64,000 nt of DNA from Candidatus Poribacteria bacterium (GCA_965208325.1 OZ242326.1:2080001-2144000); one strand, 5' to 3'; positions 29,038-39,842 are shown, counted from the first letter of the stretch. The notes: generated by a model from the sequence alone, not told the origin. Numbers and translations are program-made.

Positions 29038-30048
29038 TCAGGTTAGACGACTGTTTTCTTCAGTGTGGTTGGAATTTGGGGATGGAACAACGGTACGATT
29101 TTCGTAAGCTTCGATAATCCGTTGGACTAACTCGTGCCGAACAACATCTTCGCTGGAAAAGTAGATAAACGCAATTCCCGCAACGGTGGAGAGCACTGCT
29201 TGAGCATCGGCAAGCCCCGAGACTTTGCCGAGAGGCAAATCCGTTTGAGTGATGTCTCCAGTGACAACCGCTTTGGAATCATAACCGAGTCGAGTGAGGA
29301 ACATCTTCATCTGTTCTACGGTTGCATTTTGCGCTTCGTCAAGCACAACAAAGGAGTTATTTAACGTACGGCCCCGCATGAAAGCGAGCGGCGCAACTTC
29401 AATTATGTTACGCTCAATATAACGCTCAAGGGATTCCGGAGGAATCATATCGTAAAGCGCATCATACAAAGGGCGCAAATAAGGGTCAATCTTTGCAGAA
29501 ATGTCACCGGGTAGAAACCCGAGCCTTTCTCCTGCTTCAACCGCAGGGCGTGTTAAAATAATTCGGCTAGCCTGACCGCCTTTTAGGGCTGAAACAGCCA
29601 TTGCCATTGCGAGGTAGGTTTTTCCCGTTCCCGCTGGACCTATCCCGAAAACAAGATCGTGGTTTTTAATGGCTTCCACATAACGCCCTTGTCCAGGGGT
29701 TTTCGGACGCACAACCCCACGTTTGGAAAATACGGGAATGGCAGGTCCGACCGTTTTTTCCAGCTGAATGAGTTTCTCGCTTCTTGATACTCGGACTGCG
29801 TGTTTGACGTCGCTTGCATCAATTTGTTGACCGCTTCGAACAAGATTGAGCAACGACTCAAACGTCTTGCCGACACGGTGAACATCTTTGGAATCATCAC
29901 CGACAATTTTCAAGCCGTCACTTTTCACAGTAACTTTGGCGTTGAAGCTATCTTCGACAATTTTCAGAAAAACATCCGCTTGACCAAAGATTACTTGTGC
30001 TTCAGCATGGTCCTGTATCGGGACGCTCAAAGACTCTCGATTTTGCAA
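29038..30048 (-). CDS. phoH: PhoH-family ATPase (YbeZ-like)
   Basis: GPAGTGKT, RPAVEAGERLGFLPG, MRGRT, DEAQN; adjacent to ybeY. Confidence 0.93.
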   Translation of the reverse strand: MQNRESLSVPIQDHAEAQVIFGQADVFLKIVEDSFNAKVTVKSDGLKIVGDDSKDVHRVGKTFESLLNLVRSGQQIDASDVKHAVRVSRSEKLIQLEKTVGPAIPVFSKRGVVRPKTPGQGRYVEAIKNHDLVFGIGPAGTGKTYLAMAMAVSALKGGQASRIILTRPAVEAGERLGFLPGDISAKIDPYLRPLYDALYDMIPPESLERYIERNIIEVAPLAFMRGRTLNNSFVVLDEAQNATVEQMKMFLTRLGYDSKAVVTGDITQTDLPLGKVSGLADAQAVLSTVAGIAFIYFSSEDVVRHELVQRIIEAYENRTVVPSPNSNHTEENSRLT

Positions 30049-30166
30049 TACGATATCACTCTCCCTGCTTAATTTTATATGAAGTTTGGAATAAATGCAA
30101 GCCGAAAGGTTTCGGCTGGCGAAATAACCGAGTCAATTCTTCTGATGAATCATACCGTGAGTTCTT

Positions 30167-31444
30167 TTACATTAAATATCTGGGATGCCCAAACCCATCG
30201 TTAGCGATATGGCTGCGTGCTGGAATCTCTGCCTTATCCGGAATTATGAGATCGATTGCGGAGATGTTTTCGATAATTGTGCCGTCGCCGACTCGGACGC
30301 TTTGTCCTATGCGAATCATTCCCGGTTTGACAGATGCGTTTCTGACGGTACCGATTACAACTGAGGAGCCGATATCACAACCAGCCTCGATTTCCACAAA
30401 ACCGTGAAGTTCTGCGTTAGGGCCAACTGTCGAGTGGTTTCCAATCTTTACGGGCCCCAATAAACTTGCGTCCGTACCAATTCGAACAAAATCTCCAATG
30501 ATGGGATGACGTTGCTTCACCCTAACACTCATGCCTCCGAGCGTGCAAGGGTAGATAACGCAGCCCGATCCGATGATTCCGGTTTGCCCGGTGGTGATGC
30601 CGCGGTGAGGGTGATCAAGAAAGTTAGCGTCGCCGATTTGCGTTTCGGGGTGAAGGTCTGCCTGATAGTAGCGTCCGCCGAGTTCCGCCATTGCGCGAGG
30701 CAAAAACGGCACGGGGAACCGATGTAAATCGGGGTTTCCTTCGACTGAACCTGATTTGGTCAATGCGTGGGCGACATCGTGGTAGAAAAGCAACCGCCAA
30801 CCGGGATAAGTACTCATAACCAGTTGCATCTGATAGTCAAAAGCAAATGCCAAATCAAGACGATTCAAGGCATCTTGATAGGGTTGAAAATCCTTAGTTG
30901 AGATGGCTTTGTCGATTTGTGCGCCGATATTAAGTTCGGTGAGTTTTTCGCGCGAAACACCGCCGTGAAGGAGGTAAGCGTCCCACACGGCCGGGTCTTT
31001 GAAAGACGCGAAGCGATTCCATTGCGCACGGATTTTGAAGTCGGGGAGTTCCCAGAGTAATGCGAACGTGATGTCAAGCGCCCGGTCTTCTAAAGTTTCT
31101 TCGTCGCCCGCAGCCAAAAAGGATTGAGTGATCATCGCGTAGAGCTGATCCGCAACCTCCTCTATTGCATTTGGCAACTCGCGTTCTTGGTGCAACGGGT
31201 GCGGGGCATTGTGCGAACCCGGCGCCACACATTCTAACAGGTTTCCCAATACGATTTCGAGAATCTCCCGATTGACAAACCCGCGCCCGGAACGCAGCGA
31301 CAATACCTCTTCGCTGATTTTGTCAATGCGTAAGACTTTGAGTTCATCCGCAGAGTACATTGGACGGAGATGATTCAGCGCTTGGTTCAACCGTGGACGT
31401 TTACGGGTTTCATAAGATGAATCAAAGAGCGTTGTTTCAGCCAT
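30167..31444 (-). CDS. Divergent serine O-acetyltransferase-like (CysE/EpsC-type) hexapeptide acyltransferase
   Basis: DPA...TYPG...VAHAL...VPFLPR...DLHP..QIG...LDH...TLGG...RHPIIGD followed by left-handed beta-helix repeats. Confidence 0.7.
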   Translation of the reverse strand: MAETTLFDSSYETRKRPRLNQALNHLRPMYSADELKVLRIDKISEEVLSLRSGRGFVNREILEIVLGNLLECVAPGSHNAPHPLHQERELPNAIEEVADQLYAMITQSFLAAGDEETLEDRALDITFALLWELPDFKIRAQWNRFASFKDPAVWDAYLLHGGVSREKLTELNIGAQIDKAISTKDFQPYQDALNRLDLAFAFDYQMQLVMSTYPGWRLLFYHDVAHALTKSGSVEGNPDLHRFPVPFLPRAMAELGGRYYQADLHPETQIGDANFLDHPHRGITTGQTGIIGSGCVIYPCTLGGMSVRVKQRHPIIGDFVRIGTDASLLGPVKIGNHSTVGPNAELHGFVEIEAGCDIGSSVVIGTVRNASVKPGMIRIGQSVRVGDGTIIENISAIDLIIPDKAEIPARSHIANDGFGHPRYLM

Positions 31445-31491
31445 GGCGCATTATACCTGAGAATTCGCTTTACTTAAAATTAAACCTTCCA

Positions 31492-32301
31492 TTACACAAA
31501 CTTTGGAGTCATGCCCGGCACGGCTAAATCGTACTTCACGGCAAGATCGTAAAACTTCATCATTCCTGCAATTTCCGCGCTGTCAAGGTCATAAAAAATG
31601 TGGTTGGTTAGATAATCCTGACAAGTATCCTCCGGCAATCCGAGTTTTTGAGCTTCGATTTGCGCGATTTCAGGTATATTGTTGACGCCTAGTTGCTTGG
31701 CACGCTGCAGCATTTGAGGCACGCTCCGTAAATTGACACCTTCTCTCGCCACCCAGCACGCATAGACAAATGGCAAGCCCGCGAACTCCTGCCACTCGGC
31801 GCCGAGATCTAAAGCAGAATCTGCCCGGCAACTCAATCCCATCGCAGCATCACCGATTAATAGCACAGCGTCCGCATCAGCCGACCATGGGTTAACAGAA
31901 GGAGAATAAGGAGTAAACTCTGGATGGAGATGGTACTTCTCGGCCAGCCAAATTTGCACCAGGGCGCAAGAACTTCGTGAACTTGTGTCAAGCGCGACGC
32001 GGCGGATGGACTCAATGGGGACATTCGTGAAAAATTGGATACTACGAACCGGTCCACGTGAGGAAATTGAGATGTGGGGAACAATCCGGTAGCCGGGGTT
32101 ACGGAAATACTCAATGATAGGAATCAACGCTACATCAAGGTTGCCGCATTTCAAGTCGTCTGCCAAACGACTGGGATAATCGAGAGAAAGCCTGATTTCA
32201 CCGTCAGCCTGAAATAGACAATTATTTAAGAGCGGATAGATTAGAGGTTTTGTGTTCAAGTATGATACCGCACCGACCCTTACGCGGCCCTTCTGTGCCA
32301 T
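31492..32301 (-). CDS. mqnA: Chorismate dehydratase (futalosine pathway)
   Basis: VSYLNTKPL, SSRSS, LLIGDAA, DLGAEW...GLPFVYACW. Confidence 0.92.
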   Translation of the reverse strand: MAQKGRVRVGAVSYLNTKPLIYPLLNNCLFQADGEIRLSLDYPSRLADDLKCGNLDVALIPIIEYFRNPGYRIVPHISISSRGPVRSIQFFTNVPIESIRRVALDTSSRSSCALVQIWLAEKYHLHPEFTPYSPSVNPWSADADAVLLIGDAAMGLSCRADSALDLGAEWQEFAGLPFVYACWVAREGVNLRSVPQMLQRAKQLGVNNIPEIAQIEAQKLGLPEDTCQDYLTNHIFYDLDSAEIAGMMKFYDLAVKYDLAVPGMTPKFV

Positions 32302-33416
32302 CTATGCCCCTCTCGGATGATTTCGTTGTAGAGCGTATCGCGTTCTATGGGAACTCTACCCGCTTCTCTGATTACGCGGGAAATCTCCGCCACGGTGACC
32401 GATTCGGGGGTCACCGCGCCAGCCATGTGAGTAATCTTCTCCTCCGTCACCGTCCCATCAATGTCGTCTGCACCGTAGCTCAATGACACCTGCGCGACGT
32501 TTATCCCAATCATAATCCAGTAGGCTTTGATGTGAGGGAAATTGTCCAGCATCAAGCGGGACACTGCAATATTCTGTAAATCCGTTAACCCCGACGTGCT
32601 CGGTAGGTATGCCATGCGCGTGTTCTCCGGGTGAAACGCTAGCGGAATGAATGTAACGAAACCGCCCGATTTGTCCTGTTGTGTGCGCAGACGAATTAGG
32701 TGGTCAACCCGGTCTTCGACCGTTTCAAGGTGCCCGTAAAGCATGGTTGCGTTTGTTGGGATATCGAGCCGGTGTGCAATGTCATGCACCTCAAGCCAGC
32801 CTTCAGCACTCAGTTTGCCGGGGCAAATTTTCTCCCGCGTCTCTTCCGCAAAGATTTCCGCCCCGCCGCCGGGCAGCGAATCTAACCCTGCTTCACGCAA
32901 CGCAATCAAGACTTCCTCAATCGACATCTTGAATATCCGAGAAAAATGGTGTATTTCCACCGCCGTGAAAAACTTCAGGTGCACTTGAGGCATCCGTTTT
33001 TTGAGTCCACGCAGCATGTCGAGATAATATTCAAACGGTAACTTGGGGTGCAGTCCACCGACGCTGTGGATTTCCGTGCAGCCGTGGTCGATTGAATACG
33101 CCGCATTGTCGAGAAATTCGTCTACGCTCATCTCCCACGCCCCGTCTGTCTTTATGTTCTTACGGGCGAACGCACAGAAGTGACAGCGCGCGTGCAGAAT
33201 ACATACATTCGAGTAGTCGATATGTTGGTTAATATTGTAGTAGGCGAAATTCCCGTTTTGGCGTTCTCGCACGATGTTGGCGAGATACCCGACGCCCGTG
33301 ATGTCAGGGCTTTCATAGAGCGCGACACCGTCGTCAAAAGAGAGACGCTCCTCCGCTTGCACCTTATCGTGGATGGGGTACAGGTTTGCGTCCGTTATCG
33401 GTAGATTTTTTCCCAT
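32280..33416 (-). CDS. mqnE: Aminofutalosine synthase (radical SAM)
   Basis: VGGLHPKLPF, FTAVEI, PGGGAEIF, TNATMLYGH.E, LDNFPHIKAYW, DIDGTV.EEKI.HMAGA; next to mqnA. Confidence 0.9.
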   Translation of the reverse strand: MGKNLPITDANLYPIHDKVQAEERLSFDDGVALYESPDITGVGYLANIVRERQNGNFAYYNINQHIDYSNVCILHARCHFCAFARKNIKTDGAWEMSVDEFLDNAAYSIDHGCTEIHSVGGLHPKLPFEYYLDMLRGLKKRMPQVHLKFFTAVEIHHFSRIFKMSIEEVLIALREAGLDSLPGGGAEIFAEETREKICPGKLSAEGWLEVHDIAHRLDIPTNATMLYGHLETVEDRVDHLIRLRTQQDKSGGFVTFIPLAFHPENTRMAYLPSTSGLTDLQNIAVSRLMLDNFPHIKAYWIMIGINVAQVSLSYGADDIDGTVTEEKITHMAGAVTPESVTVAEISRVIREAGRVPIERDTLYNEIIREGHRWHRRAA

Positions 33417-35050
33417 TTTTGCTCCTGTTTAGATATTGAATCAGTTTTTGAATTTTTTAAAAGACCGTTCGACTTCAGATGGAAGATACTTTCGGAGTAT
33501 GCGCTTTTGTCTTTTTCCGTCCGGTTGAGAACTGGCCGTTGATATTGATTGACAATTCGCATTTCTGAACGTTCGGCGATCGATGGGTACATGTTGAACT
33601 TATCATTTGCCACCAGAAAAACATCATAATTCTGGGCCAAGAATTTTGTACAATTCCGCAATACATCTGAAACACCTTTGATATACTGTTCTCTAGCCTC
33701 TTTACCCTTTCCCTTGAAGAGCGGTCCAATTTCTAGCTCATCTTTTCGATCAAATGCAAACAAATCATAGGCGTAGGCGTGTTGTTCGTGATAGTTGATT
33801 AGCCCAACATAGGGCGGACTCGAGAAAACCCCATTAATCTTCTGAGTATTCACGAAACGAGCAAAATCAGGGTTTTCCGCCTTTAATGCCTCGACTATGT
33901 CAATTGTCCGAGAATCTCCAGTCAGACAGGTTTGAAACGTGCCTGTCCTTAATCTATCGAAGTGAACGAGGCGCTGAATTGTATCTTGACAGTATCGTTC
34001 CCACCAACTCAATATTGAAAACAGCGGCCTGCACATTTTGCCATGCTTGGCGCAGTAATAAACGGTCGTTACAGGTTCTTTTAAAGTTGCCAAATCTGCA
34101 TGCGTCGTTGCTCGGCAGGTACGAATGGTTCGGCTCAAAATAATCTGAATCACCCGCTGGATTTCACGGATTTTAATGTGGCTCACACGCTCAAAAACAA
34201 AATCAATCTCCGCCCTTACCGGCGACAAATACCACATATCAAGGAAATTCTCTGACTTTCTCTGCCACAGCTTTATCCCATGTTGGTTTATTAGTTGAAA
34301 ATACCTGAGTGAGAATTCGTCCTCTTTTTCTTTCCCGTATTTCTCTTGATTAATCAGTCCTTGCCTGACTTTGTACTTGAAATCCGGAGACGGAAAATGT
34401 TCGTTATTGAACTTGGCGAGTTCCTCGGTAAGTTGTATTTCAAATTGAACAACATTGGATTGGCTGATGAACCGTTTCAGAGCGTTTGTGATGCTGTGAA
34501 TTTCATCCTGCACATCAATGAGACTATGTTTTTCTATTTTGATGTTGCTAATGAGTGTATTAAATGCAGATATATCAATTCCGATAGCGTGCATTCCAAG
34601 CTCGTTCGCTTGCACCAGTGTTGTGCCGCTGCCACAAAACGGATCCAGGATAATATCACCTTGTTCGAAACAGACATCTTTTTTAAAATCATCCGTATGA
34701 CCATCTAAGAAGTATTCAACCAGTTGCGGAATGAACTTTCCTTTATATGGGTGGAGCCTATGGACATGTTTCGTCGTATCCGCTTCTTTCAAAAAATCAA
34801 ATGACAATCCCCAATTTACGTCTTCGCCTAACTGCGCTTTCCAGTTGATTTCTCGTTTTCCTAAATATGACTGATAGTATTTAATCAAATCCTGTTTTGA
34901 TATGCTGGTGGAACCATTATTGTCATATTTTCGTATCCTTCCATACTGGATTAGATAAGAGATATTGGAAGCGGTCACATTCTTCTTCAGATATTCGGTT
35001 GCCCATTTGCTGGCTTGAGGAATTGTCAATAAATCCGCGTCTTCAACCAT
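33395..35050 (-). CDS. Amino (probably N4-cytosine) DNA methyltransferase with an N-terminal HTH-like region; no cognate nuclease nearby
   Basis: HRLHPYKGKFIPQL, ILDPFCGSGTT (motif I), FSSPPY (motif IV); visibly more AT-rich than its flanks. Confidence 0.85.
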   Translation of the reverse strand: MVEDADLLTIPQASKWATEYLKKNVTASNISYLIQYGRIRKYDNNGSTSISKQDLIKYYQSYLGKREINWKAQLGEDVNWGLSFDFLKEADTTKHVHRLHPYKGKFIPQLVEYFLDGHTDDFKKDVCFEQGDIILDPFCGSGTTLVQANELGMHAIGIDISAFNTLISNIKIEKHSLIDVQDEIHSITNALKRFISQSNVVQFEIQLTEELAKFNNEHFPSPDFKYKVRQGLINQEKYGKEKEDEFSLRYFQLINQHGIKLWQRKSENFLDMWYLSPVRAEIDFVFERVSHIKIREIQRVIQIILSRTIRTCRATTHADLATLKEPVTTVYYCAKHGKMCRPLFSILSWWERYCQDTIQRLVHFDRLRTGTFQTCLTGDSRTIDIVEALKAENPDFARFVNTQKINGVFSSPPYVGLINYHEQHAYAYDLFAFDRKDELEIGPLFKGKGKEAREQYIKGVSDVLRNCTKFLAQNYDVFLVANDKFNMYPSIAERSEMRIVNQYQRPVLNRTEKDKSAYSESIFHLKSNGLLKNSKTDSISKQEQKWEKIYR

Positions 35051-35228
35051 ATTTGCGATTCTCTAAAAATAGTTATCCTTAGCTGAAATCTCCGTCCATT
35101 TCCCAAAATTGGATATCAGTATTATAGCCCAGAGTATGTTGCCGTGCAAGCGAATATTTCGCCTTGCTCACGGGTTTTCATTTTGGTACACTTTCGAAAA
35201 TTGAGTCAACTGCGGGAGGTGATTTCCA

Positions 35229-36044
35229 ATGGATACTTCTCATTCCAGCGTTATCACGCTGACGACCGATTTTGGAACGAACGACCCTTACATCGGCGTC
35301 ATGAAAGGCGTGATTCTAAATATCAATCCACATATTCACATCGTTGACATCACACATTCGATTCCGCCCCAAAACATTCATGATGCCGCATTCATCATTG
35401 ATTCAGCGTACCGTTATTTTCCGAGCGGAAGTATCCATGTGGTCGTTGTAGATCCAGGAGTTGGAAGTACACGCCGGGCTATCGCCTGCCAAACTGAAAC
35501 GGGTTGCTTCGTCTGCCCGGACAACGGCGTATTGAGCTACGTGCTTGATGAGGATGCCCCGTATCGCGCTGTCTCCGTGGACAACACCGAATATTGCCTA
35601 CCTGAGATTAGCAATACTTTTCACGGCAGGGACATATTCGCACCTATTGCCGCGCACCTATCACGGGGAATTCCCCTCGGCGACATCGGGCGTACGGTTA
35701 ACAACCCCGTGCGTCTGAACAGCTCAAAAGCTCAAGTCACGAAGACTGAAATCATCGGGCGCATTATTTGGATCGATAGTTTCGGCAACCTAATCAGCAA
35801 CATTTCTAGTGAAATCTTCGAATCGACAATTGCCCGTGAAAATTTCGCCATCCGGGCAGGAGATGCCGAGATTAACCGGCTTAACGGCTCTTACGCCGAG
35901 TCTCAAGCCGGAGAGTGTTTGGCGATTATCGGCAGTTTCGGGCGGTTAGAGATCTCGGTCAACCAAGGAAATGCCGCACAACTGCTCGAATTGAAGCGCG
36001 GCGACCAAATCGTGGTTCGTAAGACGGAAAAGACTCGACAATAA
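35229..36044 (+). CDS. DUF62 SAM hydrolase (SAM:hydroxide adenosyltransferase; chlorinase/fluorinase superfamily)
   Basis: LTTDFG, VVDPGVG, PDNG, TFHGRDIFAP, DSFGN. Confidence 0.9.
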   Translation: MDTSHSSVITLTTDFGTNDPYIGVMKGVILNINPHIHIVDITHSIPPQNIHDAAFIIDSAYRYFPSGSIHVVVVDPGVGSTRRAIACQTETGCFVCPDNGVLSYVLDEDAPYRAVSVDNTEYCLPEISNTFHGRDIFAPIAAHLSRGIPLGDIGRTVNNPVRLNSSKAQVTKTEIIGRIIWIDSFGNLISNISSEIFESTIARENFAIRAGDAEINRLNGSYAESQAGECLAIIGSFGRLEISVNQGNAAQLLELKRGDQIVVRKTEKTRQ

Positions 36045-36220
36045 ACCTCGTCAAAGCGAGGCCGTAGACTATTAGTTGCTCAAGCCGAACACCAAACGGT
36101 CTCACTGTCGTTTCACGCTGTAATCGTTGCGGCAGATTTCGTAGTGGATTCAAGTGATATATTGCAATTTTTTTACCGACTGCCTGATAAATGGTGACGT
36201 ATTAAGGGTAGTGATTTCTA

Positions 36221-36249
36221 TTGACGGTATCAGGGATTCTTGCTACGCT
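36221..36249 (+). promoter_or_regulatory. Sigma70 promoter
   Basis: TTGACG-17 bp-TACGCT with extended TG. Confidence 0.55.
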
Positions 36250-36312
36250 ATCCTGACAGCGGATTTGGCACTAACAATCCGTGAATACCTGTCTTTCGGA
36301 GGCATATAATAG

Positions 36313-37071
36313 ATGAGTTCAGTTAGTAAAGTCGCTATCGTCACGGGCGCCGGAACCGGCATTGGTAAACGGACAGCGTTGGCTCTTTTGCAGGAAGGAT
36401 ATTCCGTTTCACTAGCGGGGCGGCGCGCAGAGACGCTTGAGATGACTGCGGCGGAAGCGGGGCAGTCCGGTTGCCGAACTTTGGTTGTACCAACTGACGT
36501 GGCTCAACCTGCCTCCGTACGATCCCTCTTCGCCAAGACGAATGAGGTTTTTGGCAGGCTTGATCTTTTATTTAACAATGCGGGTACCGGCGCGCCGCCC
36601 GTACTATTGGAAGATTTAACTTTCGAACAATGGAAAACCGTGGTAGATGTCAACTTGACCGGCGCGTTTCTGTGCACGCAAGAGGCATTCAAGATTATGA
36701 AAAGCCAGGAACCTAGGGGCGGGCGCATCATCAATAACGGCTCCATATCCGCACACGTACCTCGCCCAAACTCCGCCCCTTATACAGCCACCAAACACGC
36801 GATGACTGGACTTACCCGCTCCTCGGCTCTTGACGGACGCAAATACGATATCGCGTGCGGCCAGATTGACATTGGGAATGCTGCGACTGAAATGACGGAG
36901 CGGATGAACGACGGCGTTCCGCAAGCAGATGGTTCCGTCATGGTTGAACCGAGAATGGACGCAGACAACGTCGCACGCGCGGTAGTTTACATGGCTAGCC
37001 TCCCGCTAGATACCGTGGTACAATTCATGACTGTCATGGCGTCGAAGATGCCTTACATTGGGCGCGGTTAA
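36313..37071 (+). CDS. SDR family oxidoreductase
   Basis: [17 protein letters not shown]. Confidence 0.93.
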   Translation: MSSVSKVAIVTGAGTGIGKRTALALLQEGYSVSLAGRRAETLEMTAAEAGQSGCRTLVVPTDVAQPASVRSLFAKTNEVFGRLDLLFNNAGTGAPPVLLEDLTFEQWKTVVDVNLTGAFLCTQEAFKIMKSQEPRGGRIINNGSISAHVPRPNSAPYTATKHAMTGLTRSSALDGRKYDIACGQIDIGNAATEMTERMNDGVPQADGSVMVEPRMDADNVARAVVYMASLPLDTVVQFMTVMASKMPYIGRG

Positions 37072-37088
37072 CCGAATGACGCCCTTAA

Positions 37089-37415
37089 AAGCCTGTTTGA
37101 ATAATAGGCGGCAAAGCGATTTTTGGGCGTTTGAATTGGTATAATTGGTGGGGCTTCTATCGCGCGGGATTTACTATCGCCTTCGCAATTCGCTCAGTTG
37201 ATTCTATTCAGTAGCTTGATCCCAGCAAACATCTTACGCTAGAATTGCGCGGGTCAAGATGCCCCGCCTACAGGGCGTGGTGGCGCGTGCGGGGCAAGGA
37301 AGATCTCTATCGCACTCCTTATTCAGCCGCTTGATACCCGCCTACGGAGGGTCGTGGGGTACTATTCGCCTGTCGGCCGTATCGGGCTGAATAAAATGAA
37401 TTTACAAACAGGTTC
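37089..37415 (+). mobile_element. MITE-like composite repeat, family A copy 3
   Basis: AAGCCTGTTTGAA...TACAAACAGGTTC with TAA/TTA flanks; REP at 37249-37271. Confidence 0.8.
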
Positions 37416-37420
37416 TTAGG

Positions 37421-38356
37421 ATGGTAGACATGCCGAGTTGGGATATATTCGGTTGCGGCATCGTTGCTGTTGATGATTTTATCACCGTGGACAGCTACCC
37501 GCCGCCTGACGCAAAAACCCCGGTTTTATCCAAGATTCGCCAAGGCGGCGGCCTAACAGGTACTACGCTGGTTGCGGCGTCTCGACTAGGAGCGAAATGT
37601 GCGTACGGCGGTGTGTTAGGCGACGATTCACTCTCCGCTTGGACGATTGAAGAGTTAGAACGCGAAGGCGTCGATTGCGGACCGACTATTCGTCAAGCCG
37701 GCGCGCAACCATTCCACTCTGTTATTATTGTTGACCGCACAGCGAAGACCCGGAATATCTTCTACTCAGACGCAGAAGTTATACCGCGCCCGTTAGAAAG
37801 CATCAATGAATCACTCATTGGTCAGACTCGTTTGCTATTTATAGACCACCTTGGCGTCGAGAATATGTTGTACGCAGCCGGAATTGCCAAAAGGATTGGT
37901 ATTCCAACGATCGCCGATATTGAACTTTGTGAACACCCTCAAACCGGCGCGTTGATGGCACAAATCGACTATCTGATACTGTCAGCGAGTTTCGCCGCAA
38001 CATTCACGGGCAAGAATGACCCTGCTCACGCAGTTTCGCATCTAGCAGCTCAGACCCCTCGTACTTGTACGATTGTTACCGCCGGCGATCAGGGCTGCTG
38101 GTACGCCTGCGGAGAAAATCCCGGTGACATCCTACATTTTCCGGCGTTTGCGGTTCAGGTGGTGGATACAACCGGTTGCGGGGATGTTTTTCACGGCGCA
38201 TATGCGGCAGGAATAACGTCTGGATTGCCGATTTCGCAATGCATTCGCTTTGCGTCCGCTGCCGCGGCAATCAAAGCCACAAAGACTGGAGGACGCGCCG
38301 GTATCCCGGACCGCGCCGCAGTTGAACAATTCCTGAATGAACGGGATACGGTGTAA
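37421..38356 (+). CDS. PfkB family carbohydrate kinase
   Basis: GGG...AASRLG, DTTGCGDVFHGA. Confidence 0.92.
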   Translation: MVDMPSWDIFGCGIVAVDDFITVDSYPPPDAKTPVLSKIRQGGGLTGTTLVAASRLGAKCAYGGVLGDDSLSAWTIEELEREGVDCGPTIRQAGAQPFHSVIIVDRTAKTRNIFYSDAEVIPRPLESINESLIGQTRLLFIDHLGVENMLYAAGIAKRIGIPTIADIELCEHPQTGALMAQIDYLILSASFAATFTGKNDPAHAVSHLAAQTPRTCTIVTAGDQGCWYACGENPGDILHFPAFAVQVVDTTGCGDVFHGAYAAGITSGLPISQCIRFASAAAAIKATKTGGRAGIPDRAAVEQFLNERDTV

Positions 38357-38450
38357 TGAAATTGTATGCGGAAACTCGTCTCTCCGCGATTTGGCCTGCC
38401 GCCGATTTTGGCGGCTCGTCCTACACATAATTTGTTCTGGAGAAAAAACG

Positions 38451-39782
38451 ATGAAGAACGATTCATTGACACACACGCTGGGAGAGGGATTGGCAGAAAT
38501 CCCTGCCCTTGATTGCCATTCCCACATTGACGCTTCTCACCTCTCGGCGCGCGGACTCCACGATGTGCTGCTCTACCACATGGTAATCTCTGACTTGTAT
38601 AGCGCCGGCTGCCCCAACGGCGGCCGACTCGCCGAACATCCTGACATAAACGAAATTCACAATCGGATATCGGAAGCCATCCCGTATTTGAAGTATATCC
38701 AGAATACCAGTTGCTATTGGGGATTGAAAATCATTCTGAGGGACCTCTACCACTGGACTGAACCAATCTCTGAGGACAATTGGCTTACACTGGATGGCCT
38801 GATAAAGGAGCGGTCAACGGATTCTGACTGGCCGCGTGAGGTTATGCGCAAAGCGAATAGCCGCCGCATCGGCACAGAATTCTGGCGCGGCCACGACGGT
38901 ACGGCTGATGATATATTGCAGTATAGCTTGGAATGGGCATTTTTTACTCGTACGCAATGGGGACAGAACGACATTCCGCTTTTTGAATTGGAGAAGGCGT
39001 GGAATGAAAACGAACCATCCCCACCGCTGCCTGTGACCATTGAATCCCGCCCAAAACTAGATCGTGTCATTCGCACGATTGACGACGTGCATAACGCAAT
39101 TCAACACTATTGCGATAGAATTCCATATGAGCGAGTGCTGAGCACAGCACAACATTTCTCAACGGACATTAACTACCGTCCGGTGAGTGACAGCGAGATG
39201 GAAACCGCCCTAAGCCGCCGATCGGACGCCACAATCCAGGATCGCGACGTCTACGCAAACTATATCCTTGAAGCATTCCTGACCGAACTGGATAAACATG
39301 CGGACGAGATAGTCTATCAGTTTTCCCTTGGTGCGGAACCCTTGCCTTATGAGACGGGAAGCAAGCTCAGGCAGGAGACCATTTTCCAGTTGGCTCAAAT
39401 TTTTGAACGCCATCCGCAGTTGAGATTTCAGGTTTTTTTATCGAGCGAGCATGCGAGTCCCGCCTTGTGCACATTGGCGAGAGAGTTGCCAAACCTCTCC
39501 TTCGCTGGTTATTGGTGGCATAACTTCTTCCCCTCGACCATCCGGAAAGTCATAGCGGATCGGCTGGATATGGTGGCGGCAAACAAGCAAATCGGCTTTT
39601 TCAGCGATGCATATACAATGGAGTGGGCATACGCGAAAGCAATACTTGTCCGCAAACAACTCGCAGAAGTGTTGGCTCAGAAAGTCAGCCAAGGACAGTA
39701 TTCCATTGATGACTCGCTTTCGATTGCAAGGCAGATTTTGTTTGTGACGCCCCAAAGCCTCTTGGGCATGCAGCCGGCGTGA
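38451..39782 (+). CDS. Uronate isomerase (UxaC)-like amidohydrolase-fold protein
   Basis: LDCHSH, GYWWH.F, FFSDA...E...K. Confidence 0.7.
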   Translation: MKNDSLTHTLGEGLAEIPALDCHSHIDASHLSARGLHDVLLYHMVISDLYSAGCPNGGRLAEHPDINEIHNRISEAIPYLKYIQNTSCYWGLKIILRDLYHWTEPISEDNWLTLDGLIKERSTDSDWPREVMRKANSRRIGTEFWRGHDGTADDILQYSLEWAFFTRTQWGQNDIPLFELEKAWNENEPSPPLPVTIESRPKLDRVIRTIDDVHNAIQHYCDRIPYERVLSTAQHFSTDINYRPVSDSEMETALSRRSDATIQDRDVYANYILEAFLTELDKHADEIVYQFSLGAEPLPYETGSKLRQETIFQLAQIFERHPQLRFQVFLSSEHASPALCTLARELPNLSFAGYWWHNFFPSTIRKVIADRLDMVAANKQIGFFSDAYTMEWAYAKAILVRKQLAEVLAQKVSQGQYSIDDSLSIARQILFVTPQSLLGMQPA

Positions 39783-39842
39783 TTGTTGCCCTGTGGCGAT
39801 TCAAAATCCCAGCTAGCCAAAATAGTATCAAAAGACTGGCAA

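Noticed and set aside
35229..36044. Fluorinase or chlorinase
   Set aside because: TFHGRD with His is the DUF62 hydrolase signature; the halogenases differ at this motif.
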